Source of the DNA: Nemertoderma westbladi
Lineage: Eukaryota > Animalia > Xenacoelomorpha
DNA: 64,000 nucleotides
Assembly (NCBI GenBank): GCA_032718475.1
Contig: JAUCBJ010001979.1
Location: 59,339-123,338, forward strand
Direction of reading: 5' to 3'
Part shown: in pieces, positions 33,181-46,310 of the stretch
How the letters are laid out: each line of letters opens with the position of its first letter
Position numbering within the stretch: position 1 is the first letter of the stretch
Program-made: the position numbers and the translations under genes
The notes under the pieces: model-generated
Databases searched by the model: none
The model's input: only the letters and a program-made list of their open reading frames with translations
What the model was told of the DNA's origin: nothing

Positions 33181-36100
33181 GACCATGAATAACCCAAGGA
33201 AAGCTCTACTACAGACCATGAATAACCCAAGGAAAGCTCTACTACAGACTATGAATAAGCCAACGACAGCTCTACTACAGACCATGAATAAGCCAAGGAC
33301 AGCTCTACTACAGACCATGAATAAGCCAAGGACAGCTCTACTACAGACCATGAATAAGCCAATGAAAGCTGACAGCTCTACTACAGACTATGAATAAGCC
33401 AACGACAGCTCTACTACAGACCATGAATAACCCAAGGACAACTCTACTACAGACCATGAATAAGCCCAGGACAGCTCTACTACATAATATGAATAACCCA
33501 CGGACAGCTCTACTACAGACCATGAATAACCCAAGGACAGCTCTACTACATACTATGAATAAGCCAAGGAAAGCTGACAGCTCTACTACAGACTATGAAT
33601 AAGCCAACGACAGCTCTACTACAGACCATGAATAAGCCAAGGACAGCTCTACTACAGACCATGAATAAGCCAATGAAAGCTGACAGCTCTACTACAGACT
33701 ATGAATAAGCCAACGACAGCTCTACTACAGACCATGAATAAGCCAAGGACAGCTCTACTACATACTATGAATAAGCCAAGGACAGCTCTACTACAGACCA
33801 TGAATAAGCCTAGGACAGCTCTACTACATACTATGAATAAGCCAAGGACAGCTCTACTACAGACCATGAATAACCCAAGGACAACTCTACTACAGACCAT
33901 GAATAAGCCTAGGACAGCTCTACTACAGACCATGAATAAGCCAAGGACAGCTCTACTACAGACCATGAATAACCCAAGGAAAGCTCTACTACAGACCATG
34001 AATAAGCCAAGGAAAGCTGACAGCTCTACTACAGACCATGAATAAGCCAAGGAAAGATCTACTACAGACCATGAATAAGCCAAGGACAGCCCTACTACAG
34101 ACCATGAATAACCCAAGGACAGCTCTACTACAGACCATGAATAAGCCAAGGAAAGCTGACAGCTCTACTACAGACTATGAATAAGCAAAGGACAGCTCTA
34201 CTACAAACCATGAATAAGCCAAGGACAGCTCTACTACAGACCATGAATAACCCAAGGACAGCTCTACTACAGACCATAAATAAGCCAAGGAAAGCTGACA
34301 GCTCTACTACAGACCATGAATAAGCCAAGGAAAGCTGACAGCTCTACTACAGACTATGAATAAGCCAAGGACAGCTCTACTACAGACCATGAATAAGCCA
34401 AGGACAGCTCTACTACAGACCATGAATAAGCCAAGGACAGCTCTACTACAGACCATGAATAAGCCAAGGACAGCTCTACTACAGACCATGAATAAGCCTA
34501 GGACAGCTCTACTACAGACCATGAATAAGCCAAGCAAAGCTCTACTACAGACCATGAATAAGCCAAGGAAAGCTCTACTACAGACCATGAATAAGCCTAG
34601 GATAGCTCTACTACGTACCATGAATAAGCCAAGGACAACTCTACTACAGACCATGAATAAGCCTAGGATAGCTCTACTACGTACCATGAATAAGCCTAGG
34701 ACAGCTCTACTACAGACCATGAATAAGCCAAGGACAGCTGACAGCATTACTACAGACTATGAATAAGCCAACGACAGCTCTACTACAGACCATGAATAAG
34801 CCAAGGACAGCTCTACTACAGACCATGAATAACCCAAGGAAAGCTCTACTACAGACCATGAATAACCCAAGGAAAGCTCTACTACAGACTATGAATAAGC
34901 CAACGACAGCTCTACTACAGACCATGAATAAGCCAAGGACAGCTCTACTACAGACCATGAATAACCCAAGGAAAGCTCTACTACAGACTATGAATAAGCC
35001 AACGACAGCTCTACTACAGACCATGAATAAGCCAAGGACAGCTCTACTACAGACCATGAATAAGCCAAGGACAGCTCTACTACAGACCATGAATAAGCCA
35101 AGGACAGCTCTACTACAGACCATGAATAAGCCAACGACAGCTCTACTACAGACCATGAATAAGCCAAGGACAGCTCTACTACAGACAATGAATAAGCCAA
35201 GGAAACATCTACTACAGACCATGAATAAGCCAAGGACAGCCCTACTACAGACCATGAATAACCCAAGGACAGCTCTACTACAGACCATGAATAAGCCAAG
35301 GAAAGCTGACAGCTCTACTACATACTATGAATAAGCCAAGGACAGCTCTACTACAGACCATGAATAACCCAAGGACAGCTCTACTACAGACCATGAATAA
35401 GCCAAGGAAAGCTGACAGCTCTACTACAGACCATGAATAAGCCAAGGAAAGCTGACAGCTCTACTACAGACTATGAATAAGCCAAGGACAGCTCTACTAC
35501 AGACCATGAATAAGCCAAGGACAGCTCTACTACAGACCATGAATAAGCCAAGGACAGCTCTACTACAGACCATGAATAACCCAAGGACAGCTCTACTACA
35601 GACCATGAATAAGCCAAGGACAGCTCTACTAGAGACCATGAATAACCCAAGGACAGCTCTACTACAGACCATGAATAAGCCAAGGAAAGCTGACAGCTCT
35701 ACTACATACTATGAATAAGCCAAGGACAGCTCTACTACAGACCATGAATAACCCAAGGACAGCTCTACTACAGACCATGAATAAGCCAAGGAAAGCTGAC
35801 AGCTCTACTACAGACCATGAATAACCCAAGGAAAGCTCTACTACAGACCATGAATAACCCAAGGAAAGCTCTACTACAGACTATGAATAAGCCAACGACA
35901 GCTCTACTACAGACCATGAATAAGCCAAGGACAGCTCTACTACAGACCATGAATAAGCCAAGGACAGCTCTACTACAGACCATGAATAAGCCAATGAAAG
36001 CTGACAGCTCTACTACAGACTATGAATAAGCCAACGACAGCTCTACTACAGACCATGAATAAGCCAAGGACAGCTCTACTACAGACCATGAATAAGCCAA

Positions 36101-39100
36101 GGACAGCTCTACTACAGACTATGAATAAGCCAAGGACAGCTCTACTACAGACCATGAATAAGCCAAGGACAGCTCTACTACAGACCATGAATAAGCCAAG
36201 GACAGCTCTACTACAGACCATGAATAAGCCAAGGACAGCTCTACTACAGACCATGAATAAGCCTAGGACAGCTCTACTACAGACCATGAATAAGCCAAGC
36301 AAAGCTCTACTACAGACCATGAATAAGCCAAGGAAAGCTCTACTACAGACCATGAATAAGCCTAGGATAGCTCTACTACGTACCATGAATAAGCCAAGGA
36401 CAACTCTACTACAGACCATGAATAAGCCTAGGATAGCTCTACTACGTACCATGAATAAGCCTAGGACAGCTCTACTACAGACCATGAATAAGCCAAGGAC
36501 AGCTGACAGCATTACTACAGACTATGAATAAGCCAACGACAGCTCTACTACAGACCATGAATAAGCCAAGGACAGCTCTACTACAGACCATGAATAACCC
36601 AAGGAAAGCTCTACTACAGACCATGAATAACCCAAGGAAAGCTCTACTACAGACTATGAATAAGCCAACGACAGCTCTACTACAGACCATGAATAAGCCA
36701 AGGACAGCTCTACTACAGACCATGAATAACCCAAGGAAAGCTCTACTACAGACTATGAATAAGCCAACGACAGCTCTACTACAGACCATGAATAAGCCAA
36801 GGACAGCTCTACTACAGACCATGAATAAGCCAAGGACAGCTCTACTACAGACCATGAATAAGCCAAGGACAGCTCTACTACAGACCATGAATAAGCCAAC
36901 GACAGCTCTACTACAGACCATGAATAAGCCAAGGACAGCTCTACTACAGACAATGAATAAGCCAAGGAAACATCTACTACAGACCATGAATAAGCCAATG
37001 ACAGCCCTACTACAGACCATGAATAACCCAAGGACAGCTCTACTACAGACCATGAATAAGCCAAGGAAAGCTGACAGCTCTACTACATACTATGAATAAG
37101 CCAAGGACAGCTCTACTACAGACCATGAATAACCCAAGGACAGCTCTACTACAGACCATGAATAAGCCAAGGAAAGCTGACAGCTCTACTACAGACCATG
37201 AATAAGCCAAGGAAAGCTGACAGCTCTACTACAGACTATGAATAAGCCAAGGACAGCTCTACTACAGACCATGAATAAGCCAAGGACAGCTCTACTACAG
37301 ACCATGAATAAGCCAAGGACAGCTCTACTACAGACCATGAATAACCCAAGGACAGCTCTACTACAGACCATGAATAAGCCAAGGACAGCTCTACTAGAGA
37401 CCATGAATAACCCAAGGACAGCTCTACTACAGACCATGAATAAGCCAAGGAAAGCTGACAGCTCTACTACATACTATGAATAAGCCAAGGACAGCTCTAC
37501 TACAGACCATGAATAACCCAAGGACAGCTCTACTACAGACCATGAATAAGCCAAGGAAAGCTGACAGCTCTACTACAGACCATGAATAACCCAAGGAAAG
37601 CTCTACTACAGACCATGAATAACCCAAGGAAAGCTCTACTACAGACTATGAATAAGCCAACGACAGCTCTACTACAGACCATGAATAAGCCAAGGACAGC
37701 TCTACTACAGACCATGAATAAGCCAAGGACAGCTCTACTACAGACCATGAATAAGCCAATGAAAGCTGACAGCTCTACTACAGACTATGAATAAGCCAAC
37801 GACAGCTCTACTACAGACCATGAATAAGCCAAGGACAGCTCTACTACAGACCATGAATAAGCCAAGGACAGCTCTACTACAGACCATGAATAAGCCAAGG
37901 ACAGCTCTACTACAGACCATGAATAAGCCAAGGACAGCTCTACTACAGACCATGAATAACCCAAGGACAGCCCTACTACAGACCATGAATAACCCAAGGA
38001 CAGCCCTACTACAGACCATGAATAACCCAAGGACAGCTCTACTACAGACCATGAATAAGCCAAGGACAGCTCTACTACAGACCATGAATAAGCCAAGGAC
38101 AGCTCTACTACAGACCATGAATAAGCCAAGGACAGCTCTACTACAGACCATGAATAAGCCAAGGACAGCTCTACTACAGACCATGAATAAGCCTAGGACA
38201 GCTCTACTACAGACCATGAATAAGCCAAGCAAAGCTCTACTACAGACCATGAATAAGCCAAGGAAAGCTCTACTACAGACCATGAATAAGCCTAGGATAG
38301 CTCTACTACGTACCATGAATAAGCCAAGGACAACTCTACTACAGACCATGAATAAGCCTAGGATAGCTCTACTACGTACCATGAATAAGCCTAGGACAGC
38401 TCTACTACAGACCATGAATAAGCCAAGGACAGCTGACAGCATTACTACAGACTATGAATAAGCCAACGACAGCTCTACTACAGACCATGAATAAGCCAAG
38501 GACAGCTCTACTACAGACCATGAATAACCCAAGGAAAGCTCTACTACAGACCATGAATAACCCAAGGAAAGCTCTACTACAGACTATGAATAAGCCAACG
38601 ACAGCTCTACTACAGACCATGAATAAGCCAAGGACAGCTCTACTACAGACCATGAATAACCCAAGGAAAGCTCTACTACAGACTATGAATAAGCCAACGA
38701 CAGCTCTACTACAGACCATGAATAAGCCAAGGACAGCTCTACTACAGACCATGAATAAGCCAAGGACAGCTCTACTACAGACCATGAATAAGCCAAGGAC
38801 AGCTCTACTACAGACCATGAATAAGCCAACGACAGCTCTACTACAGACCATGAATAAGCCAAGGACAGCTCTACTACAGACAATGAATAAGCCAAGGAAA
38901 CATCTACTACAGACCATGAATAAGCCAATGACAGCCCTACTACAGACCATGAATAACCCAAGGACAGCTCTACTACAGACCATGAATAAGCCAAGGAAAG
39001 CTGACAGCTCTACTACATACTATGAATAAGCCAAGGACAGCTCTACTACAGACCATGAATAACCCAAGGACAGCTCTACTACAGACCATGAATAAGCCAA

Positions 39101-42100
39101 GGAAAGCTGACAGCTCTACTACAGACCATGAATAAGCCAAGGAAAGCTGACAGCTCTACTACAGACTATGAATAAGCCAAGGACAGCTCTACTACAGACC
39201 ATGAATAAGCCAAGGACAGCTCTACTACAGACCATGAATAAGCCAAGGACAGCTCTACTACAGACCATGAATAACCCAAGGACAGCTCTACTACAGACCA
39301 TGAATAAGCCAAGGACAGCTCTACTAGAGACCATGAATAACCCAAGGACAGCTCTACTACAGACCATGAATAAGCCAAGGAAAGCTGACAGCTCTACTAC
39401 ATACTATGAATAAGCCAAGGACAGCTCTACTACAGACCATGAATAACCCAAGGACAGCTCTACTACAGACCATGAATAAGCCAAGGAAAGCTGACAGCTC
39501 TACTACAGACCATGAATAACCCAAGGAAAGCTCTACTACAGACCATGAATAACCCAAGGAAAGCTCTACTACAGACTATGAATAAGCCAACGACAGCTCT
39601 ACTACAGACCATGAATAAGCCAAGGACAGCTCTACTACAGACCATGAATAAGCCAAGGACAGCTCTACTACAGACCATGAATAAGCCAATGAAAGCTGAC
39701 AGCTCTACTACAGACTATGAATAAGCCAACGACAGCTCTACTACAGACCATGAATAAGCCAAGGACAGCTCTACTACAGACCATGAATAAGCCAAGGACA
39801 GCTCTACTACAGACCATGAATAAGCCAAGGACAGCTCTACTACAGACCATGAATAAGCCAAGGACAGCTCTACTACAGACCATGAATAACCCAAGGACAG
39901 CCCTACTACAGACCATGAATAACCCAAGGACAGCCCTACTACAGACCATGAATAACCCAAGGACAGCTCTACTACAGACCATGAATAAGCCAAGGACAGC
40001 TCTACTACAGACCATGAATAAGCCAAGGACAGCTCTACTACAGACCATGAATAAGCCAAGGACAGCTCTACTACAGACCATGAATAAGCCAACGACAGCT
40101 CTACTACAGACCATGAATAAGCCAAGCACAGCTCTACTACAGACCATGAATAAGCCAAAGACAGCTCTACTACAGACCATGAATAAGCCAAGGACAGCTC
40201 TACTACAGACCATGAATAAGCCAATGAAAGCTGACAGCTCTACTACAGACTATGAATAAGCCAAGGACAGCTCTACTACAGACCATGAATAACCCAAGGA
40301 CAGCTCTACTACAGACCATGAATAAGCCAAGGACAGCTCTACTATAGACCATGAATAAGCCTAGGACAGCTCTACTACAGACCATGAATAAGCCAAGGAC
40401 AGCTTTACTACAGACCATGAATAAGCCAAGGACAGCTTTACTACAGACCATGAATAAGCCAAGGACAGCTCTACTACAGACCATGAATAAGCCAAGGACA
40501 GCTCTACTACAGACCATGAATAAGCCAAGGACAACTCTACTACAGACCATGAATAAGCCAAGGACAACTCTACTACAGACCATGAATAAGCCAAGGACAG
40601 CTCTACTACGTACCATGAATAAGCCAAGGACAACTCTACTACAGACCATGAATAAGCCTAGGACAGCTCTACTACAGACCATGAATAAGCCAAGCAAAGC
40701 TCTACTACAGACCATGAATAAGCCAAGGGAAGCTCTACTACAGACCATGAATAAGCCTAGGATAGCTCTACTACGTACCATGAATAAGCCAAGGACAGCT
40801 TTACTACAGACCATGAATAAGCCAAGGACAGCTCTACTACAGACCATGAATAAGCCAAGGACAGCTCTACTACAGACCATGAATAAGCCAAGGAAATATC
40901 TACTACAGACCATGAATAAGCCAAGGACAGCTCTACTAAAGACTATGAATAACCCAAGGACAGCTCTACTACAGACCATGAATAAGCCAAGGACAGCTCT
41001 ACTACAGACCATGAATAAGCCAAGGACAGCTCTACTACAGACCATGAATAAGCCAAGGACAGCTCTACTACAGACCATGAATAAGCCAAGGACAACTCTA
41101 CTACAGACCATGAATAAGCCAATGACAGCTCTACTACAGACTATGAATAAGCCAACGACAGCTCTACTACAGACCATGAATAAGCCAAGGACAGCTCTAC
41201 TACAGACCATGAATAACCCAAGGACAGCTCTACTACAGACCATGAATAAGCCAAGGACAGCTCTACTACAGACCATGAATAACCCAAGGACAGCTCTACT
41301 ACAGACCATGAATAAGCCAACGACAGCTCTACTACAGACTATGAATAAGCCAACGACAGCTCTACTACAGACCATGAATAAGCCAAGGAAAGCTGACAGC
41401 TCTACTACAGACTATGAATAAGCCAACGACAGCTCTACTACAGACCATGAATAAGCCAAGGACAGCTCTACTACAGACCATGAATAAGCCAATGAAAGCT
41501 GACAGCTCTACTACAGACTATGAATAAGCCAACGACAGCTCTACTACAGACCATGAATAACCCAAGGACAGCTCTACTACAGACAATGAATAAGCCAAGG
41601 ACAGCTCTACTACAGACCATGAATAACCCAAGGACAGCTCTACTACAGACAATGAATAAGCCAAGGACAGCTCTAGTACAGACCATGAATAAGCTAAGGA
41701 CAGCTCTACTACAGACCATGAATAAGCCAATGAAAGCTGACAGCTCTACTACAGACTATGAATAACCCAAGGACAGCTCTACTACAGACAATGAATAAGC
41801 CAAGGACAACTCTACTACAGACCATGAATAAGCCAAGGACAGCTCTACTACAGACCATGAATAAGCCAATGAAAGCTGACAGCTCTACTACAGACTATGA
41901 ATAACCCAAGGACAGCTCTACTACAGACAATGAATAAGCCAAGGACAGCTCTACTACAGACCATGAATAAGCCTAGGACAGCTCTACTACAGACCATGAA
42001 TAAGCCAATGAAAGCTGACAGCTCTACTACAGACTATGAATAACCCAAGGACAGCTCTACTACAGACAATGAATAAGCCAAGGACAGCTCTACTACAGAC

Positions 42101-45100
42101 CATGAATAACCCAAGGACAGCTCTACTACAGACCATGAATAAGCCAATGAAAGCTGACAGCTCTACTACATACTATGAATAAGCCAAGGACAGCTCTACT
42201 ACAGACCATGAATAAGCCAAGGACAGCTCTACTACAGACCATGAATAAGCCAAGGACAACTCTACTACAGACAATGAATAAGCCAAGGACAGCTCTACTA
42301 TAGACCATGAATAACCCAAGGACAGCTCTACTACAGACCATGAATAAGCCAATGAAAGCTGACAGCTCTACTACAGACCATGAATAAGCCAAGGACAGCT
42401 CTACTACAGACCATGAATAAGCCAAGGACAGCTCTACTACAGACCATGAATAAGCCAAGGACAGCTCTACTACAGACAATGAATAAGCCAAGGACAGCTT
42501 TACTACAGACCATGAATAAGCCAAGGACAGCTCTACTACAGACCATGAATATGCCAAGGACAGCTCTACTACAGACCATGAATATGCCAAGGACAGCTCT
42601 ACTACAGACCATGAATAAGCCAAGGACAGCTCTACTACAGACCATGAATAAGCCAAGGACAGCTCTACTACAGACCATGAATAAGCCAAGGACAGCTCTA
42701 CTACAGACAATGAATAAGCCAAGGACAGCTTTACTACAGACCATGAATAAGCCAAGGACAGCTCTACTACAGACCATGAATATGCCAAGGACAGCTCTAC
42801 TACAGACCATGAATATGCCAAGGACAGCTCTACTACAGACCATGATTAAGCCAAGGACAGCTCTACTACAGACAATGAATAAGCCAAGGACAGCTCTACT
42901 ATAGACTATGAATAAGCCAAGGACAGCTCTACTACAGACCATGAATAAGCCAAGGCAAGCTCAACTACAGACCAATGAATAACCCAAGGACAGCTCTACT
43001 ACAGACCATGAATAACCCAAGGACAGCTCTACTACAGACCATGAATAAGCCAATGAAAGCTGACAGCTCTACTACAGACCATGAATAAGCCAAGGACAGC
43101 TCTACTACAGACCATGAATAACCCAAGGACAGCTCTACTACAGACCATGAATAACCCAAGGACAGCTCTACTACAGACCATGAATAAGCCAATGAAAGCT
43201 GACAGCTCTACTACAGAACATGAATAACCCAAGGACAGCTCTACTACAGACCATGAATAACCCAAGGACAGCTCTACTACAGACCATGAATAAGCCAATG
43301 AAAGCTGACAGCTCTACTACAGACCATGAATAAGCCAACGACAGCTCTACTACAGACAATGAATAAGCCAACGACAGCTCTACTACAGACCATGAATAAG
43401 CCAACGACAGCTCTACTACAGACCATGAATAAGCCAAGGACAGCTCTACTACAGACCATGAATAACCCAAGGACAGCTCTACTACAGACCATGAATAACC
43501 CAAGGACAGCTCTACTACAGACCATGAATAACCCAAGGACAGCTCTACTACAGACCATGAATAAGCCAACGACAGCTCTACTACAGACCATGAATAAGCC
43601 AACGACAGCTCTACTACAGACAATGAATAAGCCAACGACAGCTCTACTACAGACAATGAATAAGCCAACGACAGCTCTACTACAGACCATGAATAAGCCA
43701 AGGACAGCTCTACTACAGACCATGAATAAGCCAATGAAAGCTGACAGCTCTACTACAGACTATGAATAAGCCAACGACAGCTCTACTGCAGACAATGAAT
43801 AAGCCAACGACAGCTCTACTACAGACCATGAATAAGCCAACGACAGCTCTACTACAGACCATGAATAAGCCAACGACAGCTCTACTACAGACAATGAATA
43901 AGCCAATGAAAGCTGACAGCTCTACTACAGACTATGAATAAGCCAACGACAGCTCTACTACAGACCATGAATAAGCCAATGACTCGTGCCAATGTCAATC
44001 ACTTGTATCATATTAACACCCCCAGAATTTTCACGTACCCGCAGGATACGATTGCAGGAATCGCTTAGTGCGACGGTGTAACAGCAAGTGTAACATTATG
44101 TTAAAATAACATGTTATGGATTGACCTTTATTGACCTTTAATATAATAGAAGTTTATCATTTTAGTTTTAATACTTGAGATTAGTCTGAATACTGGTAGT
44201 ATAATATATTAAAATACAATACCATATTTGTATTGCTTTTGCTTATATTGCTTTACACAAACGACTATTGGACTTTGTGTACTGATACTATTGTATATGC
44301 ATTTCACTGTTAGGCCTACATATTAATATTAATTTGTAATTAAAGTAACAATTAATAACCACCCCGCTGACGTCGGTACCGTGTGCCAGTCAGTTTCCAT
44401 GGAGCAGTATTCAGTTTCAGTATGAACATTCAGTGTTTGCGTGGAGTTCCGTACCGGTATCAGGTCGTGTCTGTACATGTACCGGTATATATAATGATAG
44501 ACTTTACTCTATAGCCATTTCTATACCACTCTGCGTTCACAAGGATCTATAAAAATATAATGCAAAATATAAATACCATGAGGAAAATAATATTATTATT
44601 TATTATAGGGGCCTACTTGGAAAATAAAGTAGAACTTTTCAATATTCTCGAGTTATTCGTTTAACGAGAGACATCGAGGTTAATAGAGGGGCGAGATAGC
44701 AAACACAGAAAAATTTGTTTTTCCCCCATGCATTAAGTAATTTTATTCTTAAATTGATCTTTTATGTTTTATATTTTATTAATTCTGTAATAAAATATAC
44801 AAATTAACAGTGTTACAAAAAATAAATTTAACTGCAGTATTTTACTATATTACTTCCATAGTTACTGCGATTCAAATTATTGTACTATTCAACTCCCGAT
44901 GCTGCCTTACTTAATGTTAAATAATTTAGTGTTCTCGAATATTTATTACGTAACTAGAGAGCCGCTTAACTACATAAACAAATATTGGATATTGAGTTCC
45001 GTTTTGGAATACGTCGCACAGTCACTAAAGTTGCAATAACTTTTGAGTGTGTGAGTGGATTTTGCAGAAATTACAGAAATTTCTACGATACTTTTTCAAC

Positions 45101-45106
45101 ATGTGT

Positions 45107-45452
45107 AATAATATTCGAGTCGAGTGTTTCCCGACAGTAGACCCTAAAGTAGACACCTAAATAATATTCGAGTCGAGTGTTTCCCGACAGTAGACCCTAC
45201 AGTAGACACCTAAATAATATTCGAGTCGAGTGTTTCCCGACTGTAGACCCTAAAGTAGACACCTAAATAATATTCGAGTCGAGTGTTTCCCGACAGTAGA
45301 CCCTACAGTAGACACCTAAATAATATTCGAGTCGAGTGTTTCCCGACAGTAGACCCTACAGTAGACACCTAAATAATATTCGAGTCGAGTGTTTCCCGAC
45401 TGTAGACCCTAAAGTAGACACCTAAATAATATTCGAGTCGAGTGTTTCCCGA
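45107..45452 (+). repeat. 53-bp minisatellite, about 6.5 copies
   Basis: Unit AATAATATTCGAGTCGAGTGTTTCCCGACAGTAGACCCTA(A/C)AGTAGACACCTA starts at 45107, 45160, 45213, 45266, 45319, 45372 and 45425 (partial), followed by a T-run. Confidence 0.97.
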
Positions 45453-45590
45453 TTTTTTTTATTTCTATTTAAATGTTTATTATACAGTAGTTAGATATCA
45501 CCTAAACTCAAATTCATTATTATCTTAAATTCATAACAAAATATTTAACAACTAGGCTTTTACGAAATCCACACCGTCTATTAATTAGCC

Positions 45591-45845
45591 TTACTTACTT
45601 TGTCTCATCAGAGCATCCATGAACAAATTTTTGTTTTTCTTCACCAGAATTCTAGGGTAATTGCCGCCACCAATATCCAGGGTGTTATCAAATATAAAAG
45701 CGTTTGCCTTCCTGCTGGTATCTTCATTAATTCCCAATATCTTCTCGATGCTTTTGCGACAAACGCTGTGATACTTGGGCATAGCTTCCAATGAGTTAAG
45801 GGAGAGAGAAAAAATCAACAGGTAAAAAATGAACGAGTGAAACAT
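45591..45845 (-). CDS. Candidate first coding exon (or short ORF) of a secreted protein
   Basis: The 84-aa ORF starts MFHSFIFYLLIFSLSLNSLEA (hydrophobic core with an L-E-A cleavage-like end). On the minus strand GTAAGT (45598-45593) lies just before the stop. No recognised domain. Confidence 0.35.
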   Translation of the reverse strand: MFHSFIFYLLIFSLSLNSLEAMPKYHSVCRKSIEKILGINEDTSRKANAFIFDNTLDIGGGNYPRILVKKNKNLFMDALMRQSK

Positions 45846-45890
45846 TTTGAATTGCGTTTGAAACTCAAATTACTCTAAAATGTAAAAATG

Positions 45891-46309
45891 AGTTAAATAT
45901 AATGAGAAGTTTCGACATTAAACTACTGAGAAAAGTTAAATATAATGAGAAGTTTCGACATTAAACTACTGAGAACAGTTAAATATAATGAGAAGTTTCG
46001 ACATTAAACTACTGAGAACAGTTAAATATAATGAGAAGTTTCGACATAAAACTACTAAGAAAAGTTAAATATAATGAGAAGTTTTGACATTAAACTACTG
46101 AGAAAAGTTAAATATAATGAGAAGTTTCGACATTAAACTACTGAGAACATTTAAATATAATTAGAAGTTTCGACATTAAACTACTGAGAAAAGTTAAATA
46201 TAATGAGAAGTTTCGACATTAAACTACTGAGAACAGTTAAATATAATGAGAAGTTTCGACATTAAACTACTGAGAACAGTTAAATATAATGAGAAGTTTC
46301 GACATAAAA
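45891..46309 (+). repeat. 43-bp minisatellite, about 9.8 copies
   Basis: Unit AGTTAAATATAATGAGAAGTTTCGACATTAAACTACTGAGAA(A/C) starts at 45891, 45934, 45977, 46020 and onward. The last partial unit abuts the 33-bp satellite directly. Confidence 0.97.
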
Positions 46310-46310
46310 C

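Larger units (their letters stand above)
1..43983 (+). repeat. 33-bp tandem satellite array, segment 1 (roughly 1,300 monomers by length; runs off the left edge)
   Basis: Head-to-tail copies of CCATGAATAAGCCAAGGACAGCTCTACTACAGA (13A/9C/6G/5T). Recurrent variants: CTATG/CAATG, AACCC, CCAACG, CCTAGG, and a 40-bp monomer with a 7-bp insertion (GAAAGCT-GACAGCT). No non-satellite spacer seen. Confidence 0.99.
43984..46310. mobile_element. Unclassified 2.3-kb non-satellite insert (possible non-autonomous element or captured genomic fragment)
   Basis: Abrupt switch to AT-rich non-satellite DNA. ATGAC is present at both junctions (43979-43983 and 46311-46315). No terminal inverted repeats, TG..CA ends or transposase/RT ORF seen. 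Confidence 0.5.

Noticed and set aside
1-43983. CRISPR array (33-bp repeat length)
   Set aside because: Repeats are head-to-tail with no unique spacers, there are no cas genes, and the context is eukaryotic.
45600-45794. 64-aa plus-strand ORF
   Set aside because: Non-ATG start, antisense to the better-supported minus ORF, and no motif.
45107-46309. 53-bp and 43-bp arrays as CRISPR or tRNA/SINE arrays
   Set aside because: Whole units are near-identical with no spacers, and no A/B boxes or cloverleaf were seen.
43984-46310. Canonical Helitron, LTR or TIR transposon call for the insert
   Set aside because: It starts with TC but is not inserted between A and T and lacks a CTRR end. No TG..CA ends and no terminal inverted repeats were found by eye.
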